A DNA stretch of 64,000 nucleotides from Candidatus Bathyarchaeota archaeon (lineage in GTDB: Archaea > Thermoproteota > Bathyarchaeia > Bathyarchaeales > Bathyarchaeaceae): contig CAVOMX010000009.1 of the NCBI GenBank assembly GCA_963697165.1, positions 1 through 64,000 on the forward strand. Reading direction: 5' to 3'. The translations under genes and the position numbers were made by a program. The notes below the pieces were generated by a model. It was given only the letters and a program-made list of their open reading frames with translations, was not told the origin of the DNA and did not search any database. The number at the start of each line of letters is the position of its first letter. The first letter of the stretch is position 1. Shown here piece by piece: positions 47,913 to 59,972 of the stretch.

Positions 47913-48480
47913 GCTACAAGCTAGCATCTATTCTCAACATGTGATCTTTTTTTATCACAATATTTTTTTTGTATTTTTATGTTACACAGTCATACGGATG
48001 TAAAAATAGAGTACCGACTAAACAACCAGTAATAAGAAACAGTCTTTTTCATTGTGGACTAGCTTCTAAAATTTCTGTATACATAGTATGCACACTAGAA
48101 TTCTACCAAGTTCAAAGGTCTTACAAACAGAATCAAATAATATACTAGTATCAAATGGAGTAAAGAAAGAGGTCAAAGACTAAAACCAAGAAGATTCAAA
48201 AAGAGTCTAATGGTAACTTAATGAACAAAAGGCGGGTTGAATTCTCTAGACCGGACAGAAAGGTCAAGAGTGGCTTTCGTGAACTTGGATTAAAGACCTT
48301 CTTCTTGAGTATTGTTGCAACAAAAGTGACCATCAAGAGTAGTTGTAGAATAAAAGACAATAGAATGAAGTAACAACAAAATAACCAGATATGAAAATAT
48401 TTCCAAAAATTATTTCATGTCCACTCAGTCAATTATATACTTAAAATATAAATATCAATAGCATAGCAGAATTATTTTCT

Positions 48481-49503
48481 GTGCCAAATAAAATCAGTAT
48501 AGTAAGGAATTTTTTGCATTCGCGGGTTCATACTCTCTTGGATGACAGGCCTGTTCATCCGCTGTTTCTTCACTTTGAGTGTACCGATAGGTGTAACATG
48601 AAATGTTCATTTTGTAATGTCTGGAGAAAAGACAGATCGAAGGATGAAGCAACTACCCGAGAGTTTAAGAACCGATTACTTGAATGCTGGGATTTGGGGT
48701 GTTTGTTTTTAGGTATTACAGGCGGAGAACCTCTGGTAAGAGAAGACATAGGGGAATTACTGAAGTTCTCCAGTAGAATTGGCTTAATTACTGGATTGGT
48801 CACAAACGGTATCTTATTGGACAAAAAAATTGATGAAATTTCAAAATACTGTGAGTTTTTTGCGGTGTCATTTGATGTAAATGATAAGCAAACATTCAAC
48901 AGGACTAGAGGCGTTGACGCCTTTGAAAAAGTCAAAAAGAACATACAACGCGCTACACGAATGGGTATCGAAATTAATCTGCTCTCGGTAATAACAAACG
49001 AAACATTTGAATTCATAGACAACACAATCGAGTTCGCAAAATCACTTGAACAACCCATCCATTTCTCCTCTGTTGACAACGTACCAAGAGAATTTGTCGA
49101 GGCATCAGAATCTGAAAATTTGAAGATTAATGAAAGAAACAAAATTTTAGAAAAACTAACTGAAGAAAAAAAGAAATACAAAAAAATCCACTTTGAAAGA
49201 GACTATTTCAATTTCCAATCTATGGGTGGATTTAACAGATTTATTAAATGTTCTTCTGCATCAACCTCAATTTCCCTAAAACCTGACGCGTCTGTTACTT
49301 TACCCTGTCCATTTTTCACCCTAATGTCAATCAAAAAAGAGGAGTCGCTAAAAGAAGGCATGAACTCAAAAAAAGCAAGAAAAATCATCAAAGAATGTGG
49401 CAACTTTGACTTCTGTAAGTATTGTTCAATCAACTGCATGTATGTCGTATCGCTAATCAACCATCCTAGTTTACTGGCCAGGTGGATAAGAGACAAAATC
49501 TAA
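48481..49503 (+). CDS. Radical SAM protein with C-terminal Cys cluster
   Basis: CNMKCSFC, TGGEPL, CKYCSINC. Confidence 0.85.
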   Translation: MPNKISIVRNFLHSRVHTLLDDRPVHPLFLHFECTDRCNMKCSFCNVWRKDRSKDEATTREFKNRLLECWDLGCLFLGITGGEPLVREDIGELLKFSSRIGLITGLVTNGILLDKKIDEISKYCEFFAVSFDVNDKQTFNRTRGVDAFEKVKKNIQRATRMGIEINLLSVITNETFEFIDNTIEFAKSLEQPIHFSSVDNVPREFVEASESENLKINERNKILEKLTEEKKKYKKIHFERDYFNFQSMGGFNRFIKCSSASTSISLKPDASVTLPCPFFTLMSIKKEESLKEGMNSKKARKIIKECGNFDFCKYCSINCMYVVSLINHPSLLARWIRDKI

Positions 49504-49545
49504 ACGTTCATGACTTGGCCCTGAAGGTACGCTTAACGAAAAATT

Positions 49546-51099
49546 TTACAACACTTGTTTTAAGACGTTGATCATTGTGCTATGAGTTGTTATGATTCTG
49601 GTTCTTACATTTTTTAATAAGTTAATGTCCTCTTGAGTAATATATCCCGTGTAACGAAGCAACAAAACATAGATAGCAACACCTATAGCTGTTCCAAAAA
49701 TTAGTAGAAAAATATTGGATTTAGGTATCAGGAAGAGAAAACCCGAAAAAATGGCGACCGAGAATAGGACTTTATGCAATCCCGAAAACACATCGACCAT
49801 TAATTGTTTTCTTAAGAAAATGGGGATAAGAACAAGAGACGTTATGCCTGTAAGCGTAAGAGAAATCGCAGCCCCATTTAAACCCAAAATTGGAACAAAA
49901 ACGAAGAGACATACGAGATATTGTATAGCACCGATAGCCATTAGCATACCAGATAACTTGGGTTTTCCAATACCTATTAGTATAGAAGTAAGATTGTATC
50001 CGAACATTAGAAGAAATGTTCCGATGATGAGAATTTGAAGAGGAAATATTGCTCCCTGGAATTCACGCCCGTAAATCCCAACAACAATCGGTTCTGCTAA
50101 AGTAAAAATTATTGCCGTCAAAGGTATTCCTAGGATTAGAGGATATTTAACAGAAATTTTCGTATATTTTTCTATCAGCGCATCGTCTTTTGTTGCCCAT
50201 GCTTCTGATATTGATGAAATAATCGGAATAGAGAAAGCAGTCATAGAAAAAAGTACGCTAGAGATTGCATCTGCTACACTATAGATTCCTACATTTGTTA
50301 AATCGAAGAACAGATTAAGTATTGGTATGTCCAAGTTCTTCATTACGATAAACGATATTTTGCCGATTGAAACAGAAAAACCAAAAATAAATATGTGTTT
50401 GAAATTCTTTAAATCCTCCACTAATGCATTTTTTAGGTTTTTAGTTTTGAAAAACTCTATGTTAAACAAAGCTAAATCTTTCAGGTATGTTCTTGTAAAG
50501 TACATGCAAAGCAGCAATTGAGATATGGGCGCAAAAACTATCAAAACGGGTAAAAGCTCAAACGGAAGATTCAGCAGTATAATAGCCATGCCCAATATTG
50601 ATACAACGTAAAAACCGATGGAATTTACTATTGAGAGCTGCTTACTCTTATGCAACGATCCAAGTACCGATGCAAGGGCATCTTTTGTGCCTGAAAACAA
50701 AAACGCGAAAGCAAGTGAAATACCTATTGTTTTTAGTATTGGATCTGACACCTGAAAAGACAGCAGCACTAGGATAAAGAATGCTACAAAGCTTATTGCA
50801 GTGAGATACCTTACATATTTTGAAAAGAATTTAGGAAGATTTGAATCTTCTTTTGTTAAATACCCGCAACCAAAATGAATCACTCCCTCAAATATTCCCC
50901 CAAAAATAAGTGCCCACATGAAATCAAACACTGATTGAGCGCTACTGAATAAACCGTAACCCGCGGGTCCGTATGCCCTGCTAATTTGAATTCCTAATAG
51001 AAGCCAGAAAGCACCACTTAAGATCATGAGGGCTAAAAACCAAGCGCCACCTGAAATTAATCTTCTTGGTCCTTTAATGCCAAGCCCTTCGTCCATCAT
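49546..51099 (-). CDS. MOP-superfamily (Wzx/polysaccharide) flippase
   Basis: About 14 TM helices; GPAGYG, VGIYSVA, GLNGAAIS motifs. Confidence 0.85.
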   Translation of the reverse strand: MMDEGLGIKGPRRLISGGAWFLALMILSGAFWLLLGIQISRAYGPAGYGLFSSAQSVFDFMWALIFGGIFEGVIHFGCGYLTKEDSNLPKFFSKYVRYLTAISFVAFFILVLLSFQVSDPILKTIGISLAFAFLFSGTKDALASVLGSLHKSKQLSIVNSIGFYVVSILGMAIILLNLPFELLPVLIVFAPISQLLLCMYFTRTYLKDLALFNIEFFKTKNLKNALVEDLKNFKHIFIFGFSVSIGKISFIVMKNLDIPILNLFFDLTNVGIYSVADAISSVLFSMTAFSIPIISSISEAWATKDDALIEKYTKISVKYPLILGIPLTAIIFTLAEPIVVGIYGREFQGAIFPLQILIIGTFLLMFGYNLTSILIGIGKPKLSGMLMAIGAIQYLVCLFVFVPILGLNGAAISLTLTGITSLVLIPIFLRKQLMVDVFSGLHKVLFSVAIFSGFLFLIPKSNIFLLIFGTAIGVAIYVLLLRYTGYITQEDINLLKNVRTRIITTHSTMINVLKQVL

Positions 51100-51880
51100 T
51101 CAACATCCTTAAACTGTTTAGATATACTATGCTGGTCCAACGAATCTCCTATTTCCTGTTCTTTACTCTGATATAAAAGTTCAAGGCAAAACAATTGTGG
51201 TAACTGCAAGATCTTTTTGTGTTCGAGTTATATATTTTAATCCCAAATGTTCACGGTGGTTTGTTGGTTTTTTATTTGTTTTTCGTGGAAAACCCGGATA
51301 CCATTTATTCAGTAGAAGCTTTTTGGTTCTAGCTCTGATTGCTTTTCTAACCTCATTAAAATTTCTCTGCTCGTCTCAGATAATACAAAATAAAAGTTAT
51401 TAATTAATCAATATACAAAGGTTCGTTTTTAACTAAATATAAGGTGGGTTACGATCAGAACACCAATCCACTATAAATTATTAGTGTTTATGTGAGAAAA
51501 AAGTGATCAACGGTTTATTGTTAAGCTCTTATTAGGTAGATTGGTTCTTCTAATCCGCATTCTTTGCTTGAGGATTTCAGAAGTTTGTGATATTCTATTG
51601 CAACTTTAACTCTATCATTTCCTTTCAAGCTAAGAAGCTCCTTTTCCATCAATTCTATCCGTGATTTCAGGTCCTGTCTTCGTTTCTCGTTGGACAATTC
51701 ATTTCCCCTCAGAAAATAATATCAAATATTAAGATACAATATATATTTGAAATCTAATAAACTTACCGCATTCCAATCCACGACCTCAACTGTACGACAA
51801 TCAATAATTGGAAAGAATACATACTTAGCCATTAGAAAGGTCATTTGATCATTTTCCTCAAAGTTTAGCTTATATATTAA

Positions 51881-52237
51881 ATGTATAGAACAGATAGAAT
51901 GGGCGTCAAAGAGAGGGTTCTTATGGATCAAGAAGAAGCGCTTCAGAGGTTGCAGAAGACCAGAAAAGATAATGAGGATGCATATTTGAAGGCTAAAGCT
52001 TTCTTGGATGGTTTTCGAGCAAGAGGGCAACTGAGCCAGAAGGACTCTGAGTTCCTGTTTCTGATGGAGTTTGTGATTAAGGGCTTCAAAAACCATGGAA
52101 ACGACATCATCACAGCATTCGAAAACCAAGTAAGATATACAGAAGCAGTCAACACATTACACCTCAAAGTTAATGATTTAGAACATGAAATACGCCAACT
52201 AAGAATGACCCTAGACAAAATGTACCAAGACAAATAA
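51881..52237 (+). CDS. Hypothetical coiled-coil protein
   Basis: Intact helical ORF. Confidence 0.55.
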   Translation: MYRTDRMGVKERVLMDQEEALQRLQKTRKDNEDAYLKAKAFLDGFRARGQLSQKDSEFLFLMEFVIKGFKNHGNDIITAFENQVRYTEAVNTLHLKVNDLEHEIRQLRMTLDKMYQDK

Positions 52238-52334
52238 GCTCAGTTAAAACATCAACTCAGAAACAGCAGTTTTTTCAGGTTCGAGAACAGTTTTATCCTC
52301 TAATCGACGTCAGATTGTCTGTTGGTGGATTCGG

Positions 52335-53484
52335 ATGGATTTCGAACTAACCGAGAAGCATCGGAAACTAAAAGATTCTGTAAGAACATTCTGCGAAAAA
52401 GAGTTTGATTCAGACTATGCTTTGGAGCTGGACAGAAAAGAGGAGTTTCCAATAGAACTTTACAGGAAGGCTGCAAAACAGCGATTCTCTAGCTTATTCA
52501 TTCCAGAAAAGTATGGGGCGGAGGGAACAGGGGTATCTTGCGGTTTGTTTAGCCATGGAGGAAATGTGCAGGGCAGACTCGTCCTTTGGGTTGGCATGCA
52601 TGATTGGAACCTTCGGAAGTGACCTGCTTATTCTCAAAGGAACAGATGAACAGAAAAAATGTTACTTACCGCCACTTTGTCGTGGAGACAGCGTATCCTC
52701 CGCAGCATTTACGGAGCCAACTCGCGGAACAGACATATCAACAGTTGATACCAAGGCAGTTAAGCATGGAAACGAGTGGCAGATAAATGGAACAAAAACG
52801 CTCATAACAAACGCGCCCATAGCCGACTTCTTCATAGTTTTGTGTCAAACAGGAAGCAATGAGGCTCCACGCAGGAGCCAGTCATTATTCATTGTAGATA
52901 AAGAGGCAAAGGGATTAGCGGTTACGAAATTGTCGAATAAGATGGGAATAAGGTGTGTAACAACTGGGAAAGTTTCATTTAAAGACGTGAGAGTAAACGA
53001 AAACAGTCTCCTAGGCGAACAAGATAACGGTTTTAGCCACTCAATGGACTTCTTCACAATAAGCAGAACAGCCATCGCGGCTCAGGCTGTAGGAACGGCA
53101 CAGGGAGCACTTGAAATTGCCCTAAAGCATGCACAAAAAAGAGAATCTGCCGGTCAGCCCATAATACGGTTTCAACAGATAGGAGCCAAACTAGCCCAAG
53201 TGGCATCCGAAATCGAAGCGGCAAGACTGTTGACCTACAAGGCAGCATGGACCATCGACCAAAACAAAGTGGATTCTATGTTGACGTCTATGGCTAAGCT
53301 GGTTGCAAGCAACGTTGCGGTGAGGGCAACGGACGCTGCGATTCAGACTTTGGGTGGTTACGGGTATCTGGGCGATTACAAGGTTGAAAGAGCCTACAGG
53401 GACGCGAAAGTAACCGAAATTTATGAAGGAACATCCGAAATTCAGAGATTAGCCATCCTAAAGCAGCTAATCAAGACAGGTTGA
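52335..53484 (+). CDS. Acyl-CoA dehydrogenase (one indel)
   Basis: AFTEP..GTD, INGTKTLITN, GGYGY, EIYEGTSEIQR. Confidence 0.92.
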
Positions 53485-53516
53485 AATCTTAAATTCCTCA
53501 AACAACATCACCCTTC

Positions 53517-54308
53517 TTGGATCTCCTACCCATGTCCAAAGCTTACGGGACAATAAAGCTCAAGAAAAAACAGCATATAGCCTGGATAATCTTGGATAGA
53601 CCAGACAAGCTTAACGCCATAAACGCAGTCATGCTAGAGGAGCTGTCAGAGGCGATAGACAACATTGAGGAAGACGCGAACGTTAGATGTGTCGTAATCG
53701 AGGGAGAGGGAGAAAAGGCATTTAGCGCCGGAGCCGACCTCGCTGAACTTAAAAAACTCACGTCAGAGACTGCTACAGAATTCTCGGTTAAGGGACAACA
53801 GGTTTTCTGTAAGCTGGAAGGTCTATCTAAGCCTGTCATAGCAGCGATTCGCGGGTATGCTCTGGGTGGCGGACTTGAGCTAGCATTAGCTTGTGACTTC
53901 AGAATAGCATCAGACCGTGCAGAGTTGGGGTGTCCTGAAATAAAATTGGGGTTGATTCCGGCATGGGGAGGAACCGAGAGGCTACCGTTGGCTGTTGGGT
54001 TGTCTAATGCTAAACGGCTAATAATGCTTGGTGATAAAGTACAAGCCGATGAAGCGTACAAGATGGGTTTGGTGGATAAGGTCGTTCCCTCAAAGGAGTT
54101 GGAGGCTGAGGTGGAGGTGTTAGCTCAAAGACTATGTGAATGTGCTCGGGGAGCACTGAAATATACAAAGTGTGCCGTAAATTCTGGAACCCAACGTTCA
54201 CTTGATTCTGGATTAAAGAATGAAATCGAGTTTTTTGCTCTGCTGTTTTCTGTGAAAGAGACCAGAAAGAAGATAGAAGATTTTGGATCTCAGAGAAACA
54301 AAAAATAG
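53517..54308 (+). CDS. Enoyl-CoA hydratase/isomerase (crotonase family)
   Basis: DRPDKLNA, AFSAGADL, ALGGGLELALACD, PEIKLG. Confidence 0.92.
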   Translation: MDLLPMSKAYGTIKLKKKQHIAWIILDRPDKLNAINAVMLEELSEAIDNIEEDANVRCVVIEGEGEKAFSAGADLAELKKLTSETATEFSVKGQQVFCKLEGLSKPVIAAIRGYALGGGLELALACDFRIASDRAELGCPEIKLGLIPAWGGTERLPLAVGLSNAKRLIMLGDKVQADEAYKMGLVDKVVPSKELEAEVEVLAQRLCECARGALKYTKCAVNSGTQRSLDSGLKNEIEFFALLFSVKETRKKIEDFGSQRNKK

Positions 54309-54560
54309 GGAGCCTGCTAAGTCAGATTGACAAAGATTTGCGAAATTCTTTAGCTCATTGTCTGTTTATTTTAGAGGGTATCACATTAATTCACTATGAC
54401 AATTTGACTCTTCAAAACAAACATGAAATAATAGTTGAAGACCTATGGACAAAAGGAAGAAAACACAGTCTAATAGCTCAATGTCTTATTCATGTAATTG
54501 CTGATTGGTTTTCTGAAACTTAATATTATCAAATGAAATATCAACACAACAAGAAGTAGC

Positions 54561-54594
54561 CTCTTCGTGAAATGCTTCCAGAAACTATATTTTC
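54561..54594 (+). repeat. Dispersed repeat family CTCTTCGTGAAAWGCTTCCAGAAACTWTATTTTC (other copies: 55311, 55584, 59427, 63391; core at 21328)
   Basis: Direct sequence comparison. Confidence 0.85.
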
Positions 54595-54630
54595 TCTTGG
54601 GATAAATCTTAAGAAGGAGAAGGAAAAAAA

Positions 54631-55200
54631 TCAATAACGATAAAATCGGCGTCTTTCTTGTCGGATATATTCCCTAACTAACGGCAAAGATATTTCCTCA
54701 GTATCTCTAGCTTCTTGTTGTATTGAAGAACCTCGATAAATTCTCTGTTGAGATTTAATTTCAATGGCGTGCAATATTTCATGGAACAGAGTCTCAAGAT
54801 ACATTTCTCTGTCTCTTAATTGAGGCATTCTCAACATAATAAAATATTCAGTGTTTTCTAACTTGTCTAAAAACAACTTTTTTCTTTCTGCACCTTGCCA
54901 AAAATTGGCTATATTTATCAAATTATTTGTTGGAATATAATACCCCATAGCATCTTTGTAACTTGATATTTCACTTTCGCTTCCATGAGACTCATGAATT
55001 TCAACCGTTTCAGAAGATTCAAATAATCCTTCCTTAACCATTCTTTTCAATATGATTTTTCCTTTTTGTATAGACGTATAGAGAAGTTTCCATTCTCTTT
55101 CACTTGTTTCTAACACACACAATTCAAGTTCAGAAAATGGGTAATATTGTTTCAAAAAAGTAACATAACCATCAATTTCACCCTTTTCTAAAAACTTCAC
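54631..55200 (-). CDS. HExxH zincin-like hypothetical protein
   Basis: ETLFHEILHAIE. Confidence 0.6.
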   Translation of the reverse strand: MKFLEKGEIDGYVTFLKQYYPFSELELCVLETSEREWKLLYTSIQKGKIILKRMVKEGLFESSETVEIHESHGSESEISSYKDAMGYYIPTNNLINIANFWQGAERKKLFLDKLENTEYFIMLRMPQLRDREMYLETLFHEILHAIEIKSQQRIYRGSSIQQEARDTEEISLPLVREYIRQERRRFYRY

Positions 55201-56566
55201 TCTTTCACCCTCTTAATTCGCTAAACTGGTTGATAATAAAAATTTTTGCTAACTGTAAAGAAGAGTCATGTTTGCAAATAACAAGGCGGGTTACGACCCA
55301 GCAAGCCCGCCTCTTCGTGAAAAGTGAAGGACTGGTTTAGATTTTGTGTAAAGCAAGTGGTTTAAGTGTCGGGATATTGTCGTCCAATAAATTTTTATTC
55401 GGTATTGAATAGAGAAGAGCTTGAAGTGAAGTTGTATGGCTAAATGTGGAGTAGAACATAAAAAATGTTCATCGTCTATCCATGGGCACTGTTCATATGA
55501 GGAGCATGATAGCAATACCAAGCATTACTGTGGTAAGTGTTACACCGAATTCTAATGCACATGCACAGAAAAACCTTCTTTTTTTCCAGAAACTATATTT
55601 TCCTACGAAGATTCTTTTAGTTACTTCGTGAATTTTCTTTCTCATAATAAAAAGGTTTTAGGGTTCAATCTTTTGCAATCAATTAAGTTCATTGAAGCTG
55701 CAGTTTTTCTTTGCCCCTAATCCGTTAATACATATGCCTTAATTCGACTACACACCTCTTTTGTCCATATATATAATTTAATAAGACGTAGTTTGAGTCC
55801 AATGGTCGAGCGAAAAAGTGACGAGAACAACATTAACTATAGGAAATAACTGTTTGCTTTATTTCAGTTATATATAGTAATTTATACTTGTCAAAGAAAC
55901 CTCATTCTTGTTTACTGTTAACAGAAACTTTGTTTTCCAACAAAGAGTTTCCATGATCACATAAATAGACATAATGATTCTGTCAAAAAGAAGCGGATTC
56001 TGTGCGATTTGTCGAAGAGCTGGAGGAAAACATAAAAATGGGGTTGTATCCAGAAGAAGGGTTTGCTGAGGCTTTAGCACAGTTGTTGATGAGTAAGGTC
56101 ACATTCAATCTTTTTCAAGGGGGAAAGAATGTGTGCTCCTGTGCTTGCCTTTTCAGCCCCATTCTATTCTTTTTGGTAGTTCCAAAAAAGGGGGAAGATT
56201 TTTTTGTGTATTGTCTTGTTTGAATAAATTTACATCATTCCAAAGGATTAATCAAGTTTTTTTTTTTGTTCCAATCTGCTGTGAGTTGAATCGTGCTCAT
56301 TTTCTATTTCAGAGACTTCTTTTCTAATCGCAAGTTTTGTTTCTTTCTCTGGAAAGCCTTCTTCTGGTCCGCAATAGACAAGCTTAAAATCTGGTAACCC
56401 GATGATGCCAAACCCCACTCTTACGTTTTCGACGTCTCATTGACAACTCCCCCAAATAACCAAATCATACTCATTATTCTCCTTTCCACTTTAACCAATC
56501 AAACCTCCTTCAAATCTACAAATTTCTAACCGATTACTCCCACAAAAAAAGGGGAGGGAAATTGGT

Positions 56567-59215
56567 TTATTTTCGTTTCTTTAGTGCCCAGAAGCTGACT
56601 ACGCCAATTATGCTGGCAATTGCGACAGCTGCAATGATGGCTACTTCAGTGGTGATCAAAGGTGTTTCAGTGTGGCTCTGGTGAAGGTGACGGTTCAGGC
56701 AGGTTCGAAGGTGCTGGCGTTGGTGAAGGTTCTGGTGAAGGTGATGGGCTGGTGTAGGTGTTCTGGTGAGGTGATGGCTCAGGTGATGGTTCAGGTTCTA
56801 TTGTTCCACCTGCTGTTGCAGCTGGTGTTACGGCAAAGGATGTTGCTGCGCTTGAAGGCCAATAGGATTCAGATCCCGCAAACTTGGCGATAACTTTGTA
56901 AATTCCCTCGGTCGATGGGACATACATGTGCGCATAGTTGCCATCTGAATCAGATGTGACAGTAGTTATCCATTCTTCAGTGCCATCTGGTTTAACCACA
57001 AACAGATTCACTGGAACACCATCTGGGTTGGCGGATTGTTCAGCAGTGTTGCATTCTGCATATTAAGATAGTCCATCCACTCGCTCATGTCCTCATCAGA
57101 AACTGCTGGTAGTACCTGGCCTGAGCAGGAGATTGATCCAATAACATTGCCTTTTATCAGCACTGTATGCGCCACTTAGCGACGACATCATTCTGGTATT
57201 GTTACTGAAGTTGAGGTTTGGCCTTTGCCTAAGCAATAGAGGTTTCCATCGTAATCTCCGGTACCTATGACATAACCATTAGCAGCAGAAGAGGGGCGAA
57301 GTCCACCGTTTAAAGTAAATATAGTGTCTCCTGTAGTAGCGTCAATACATACGAGCATTCCAAACCTTGAAATAGGGTTGATTTTATACCCAGACGAATA
57401 GCCTGCGTAAACATAGATTTTACCATCTACCATGACCATGCCACTGAACGATAGGGCACTGCATTATTGGGGTACTCAGTTGAAGGAATAGGCTTACTCC
57501 GCCATACCTCATGTCCATCTGCCAAACTGTAAGCGCGCATTGTACCGTCCGGGAACATAAGCATACAAGTTATCGTTGTCATTGGTCTCAGCAAGTAAAC
57601 GGTCCATGTTGTAGCCCACGTAGAGTCGCAGAAGCTGTCACTTTCCCACAATTCAAAGCGCCAGTAAGCATGGAGTAGCATTTGAACGTTGATTCAGTTG
57701 GATCAAAGACAATAAAGTTGTCCACGCCATATAAACTGAATTGCTGGTTAGCTAGAGTCGGATAGTTCAGGGTAAGGTTCCATAGTGAGGTACCGTTTTC
57801 TGCGCTGTAACCCCAGATACTGGTTGGGTGCGGCTTTACCACAACCGTAGACGCATCTGTTGATATTCCGAAGAGAGATTGGGGACTGGCTACGCGATGT
57901 AGCTAGTTGATTCTGGCAGTGGGCGTTGTCCATTCAATTCCTGTCGGCCAATTATGACCACCAGTGCGTGTCCGTAAATGTTACAGTGACAACTTTCGAC
58001 ATGTTCCATGCTAAACAAGTTGTACGATCGTTGCTGTTCCATAGGCAAGATCGGTACCGTCAATAAGATTGAAGCACTTGCAGTAGCGTTAGCGATTGAC
58101 CGCACTAGTGTTCCAGTAAAGGGATCATAGTAATTCCACGTACTGCCAGAGGTTCCAAATAGGTACGGTGTATGGTATTGTCCATAGGAGCTCTCGAGAA
58201 CTACGTTCGAAGGATCAAAACATGCTTTGAGCATATGGGTTTCCAGGTAAGTGGATACCGCACAGTAATCGAGCCATCCACTGTGTACAATACTTCTCCA
58301 GTTGCTAAATCAATGCATTCAAACTGTGCCAGTATTCGCGAATATTTATCGAATACTTTGCCTTCCATGATTACAGCACTTGGATACTAGAACCTTGAGG
58401 ATCCATAGCTAAGGCTGCCATAATCTCCGCCTATAAGGCCTCCTGATCTAAGCGGTTGCTTCCAAACTATGTGGCCAGTGTTAGGTCCTGAACCATAGGG
58501 CTGCCAAATACGACAAGTAGGCACCGTTAACCGTAGCCGCCAGTTGACTGGCACTGCCAAGCCAGTCGCCTGAGATTTGGTTCCATTCTCTGTTGTTGCT
58601 GTTTATTGGGTAGCTCCAGAAAACGTTTGGGTTCGGCAGTGCTGACCACGGATAACCATTAAGCAAACCAGCCAGTACTCTTCAGTCTGAACTGTAAAGT
58701 AGGCATGTATTACTAGTGCATCCTATATATTGTACGGTTCCTGAACCGTCAGTTAAGTTCTGTGCAGGCATCGTGAACGATACACTCCAGTTACCCGCCA
58801 TGATTAGGCTCATAAAAGAAGTATATAGCGCCAAGTGACTGCGTTTGTCCTGGATCATAATTGACCTGTTCCGTCTACCGGCATGAACGTGTCTTTTGTT
58901 CCGTCAGGTCTTACGAACGTCACCGTTACTCCCCTATAGCCGTCATAAGTATGGCTGATAAGCATAGTTTGTAGGTATAGGATAGATGAATAGGTTTACA
59001 GTTGCTGTTTGGCCGACTCCGACAAGTCTTGGTGCAACGTCGATGTAACCTGTAGTTTTCTCTGGCTGAGGAACACCAATTTGAGCCTGCACTGGAATAT
59101 TTGCTAGCAACGAAAAAGCAGATGTTATTAAAATTGCCAAAATGATTGATGCTGTTAATTTTGTTTTGTTTATTGAAATTTGCATTGTTTTTTCTCCTTT
59201 TTGAGTTTTTTCCAT
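56567..59215 (-). CDS. Large secreted PQQ-type beta-propeller surface protein with Pro/Ser linker and C-terminal anchor (many indels)
   Basis: Signal peptide, DATTG and YCLGKGQTST repeats, PEPSPSPEP linker, terminal TM with basic tail. Confidence 0.8.
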
Positions 59216-59426
59216 CTTTACATTTTATTGTTTTTGGGAAAAAGAATTAAACTAAAAAATACTTGATCTTCCCCCTAGAATGCTATTTTGTAACAAAGAA
59301 GTATTTAACATTAAGTGTCAGCCCATGACTGACAACTTCTGAATCATTAATACCTTCGAAATAAGATGGGAAAAAACAAATTGTCTCTGTGCTTAGGTTT
59401 CGACTAATGTTTAGCAAAGGTAAACC

Positions 59427-59492
59427 TCTTCGTGAAAAGCTTCCAGAAACTTTATTTTCCAACGAGCAGTCCAAGGCATAACTTGAATAGAA
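59427..59492 (+). repeat. 66-bp direct repeat, left copy
   Basis: 59/66 identical to 63391-63456 by manual alignment. Confidence 0.9.
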
Positions 59493-59972
59493 TTGGGTTT
59501 TTATGCACTTGCCCTGAAATACATTCGATTATTAACAACTTTTCTTGAAATTTTTCCTTTACTTACTAAATCCTGAAGAACCGAAACAAAATTTGCGACC
59601 ATGAACGTAGCCATTTTGGAAGTCCCTGGCACATCAAAATCTACATTAAAACTTGTCGACCCCATTATTTCATCGTCAGTAAAGGCTTTTTCCTTGACGC
59701 TTCTTCAAGAAAGAGATAATCTCATCTTCCAGCTTAATAGAGACCCTTACAAATTTCTCTTTGTCTATGGGCATAGATATCACTCCATCATAAATCTATG
59801 AAACAAGAGCTTGAAATTGTTTATGTAACTCAAATCATAAGCATAACTAATAGTTTAAGCCAAACGTTTGTCGTAATTCGCTCGCATCCAGAAACTTGTA
59901 TCTATTATTCACAACTTGTTTATACATAATTGTCTGAATTACCTAATATCTTGAGGTTCAGGCGTTTATTCA

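Noticed and set aside
56325..56475. Possible ~49-codon minus-strand peptide (MSMIWLFGGVV...)
   Set aside because: Contains an in-frame stop and has no supporting context.
56670..56800. Tandem GGTGAAGG/GGTTCAGG repeats
   Set aside because: They encode the Pro/Ser/Glu linker of the surface protein.
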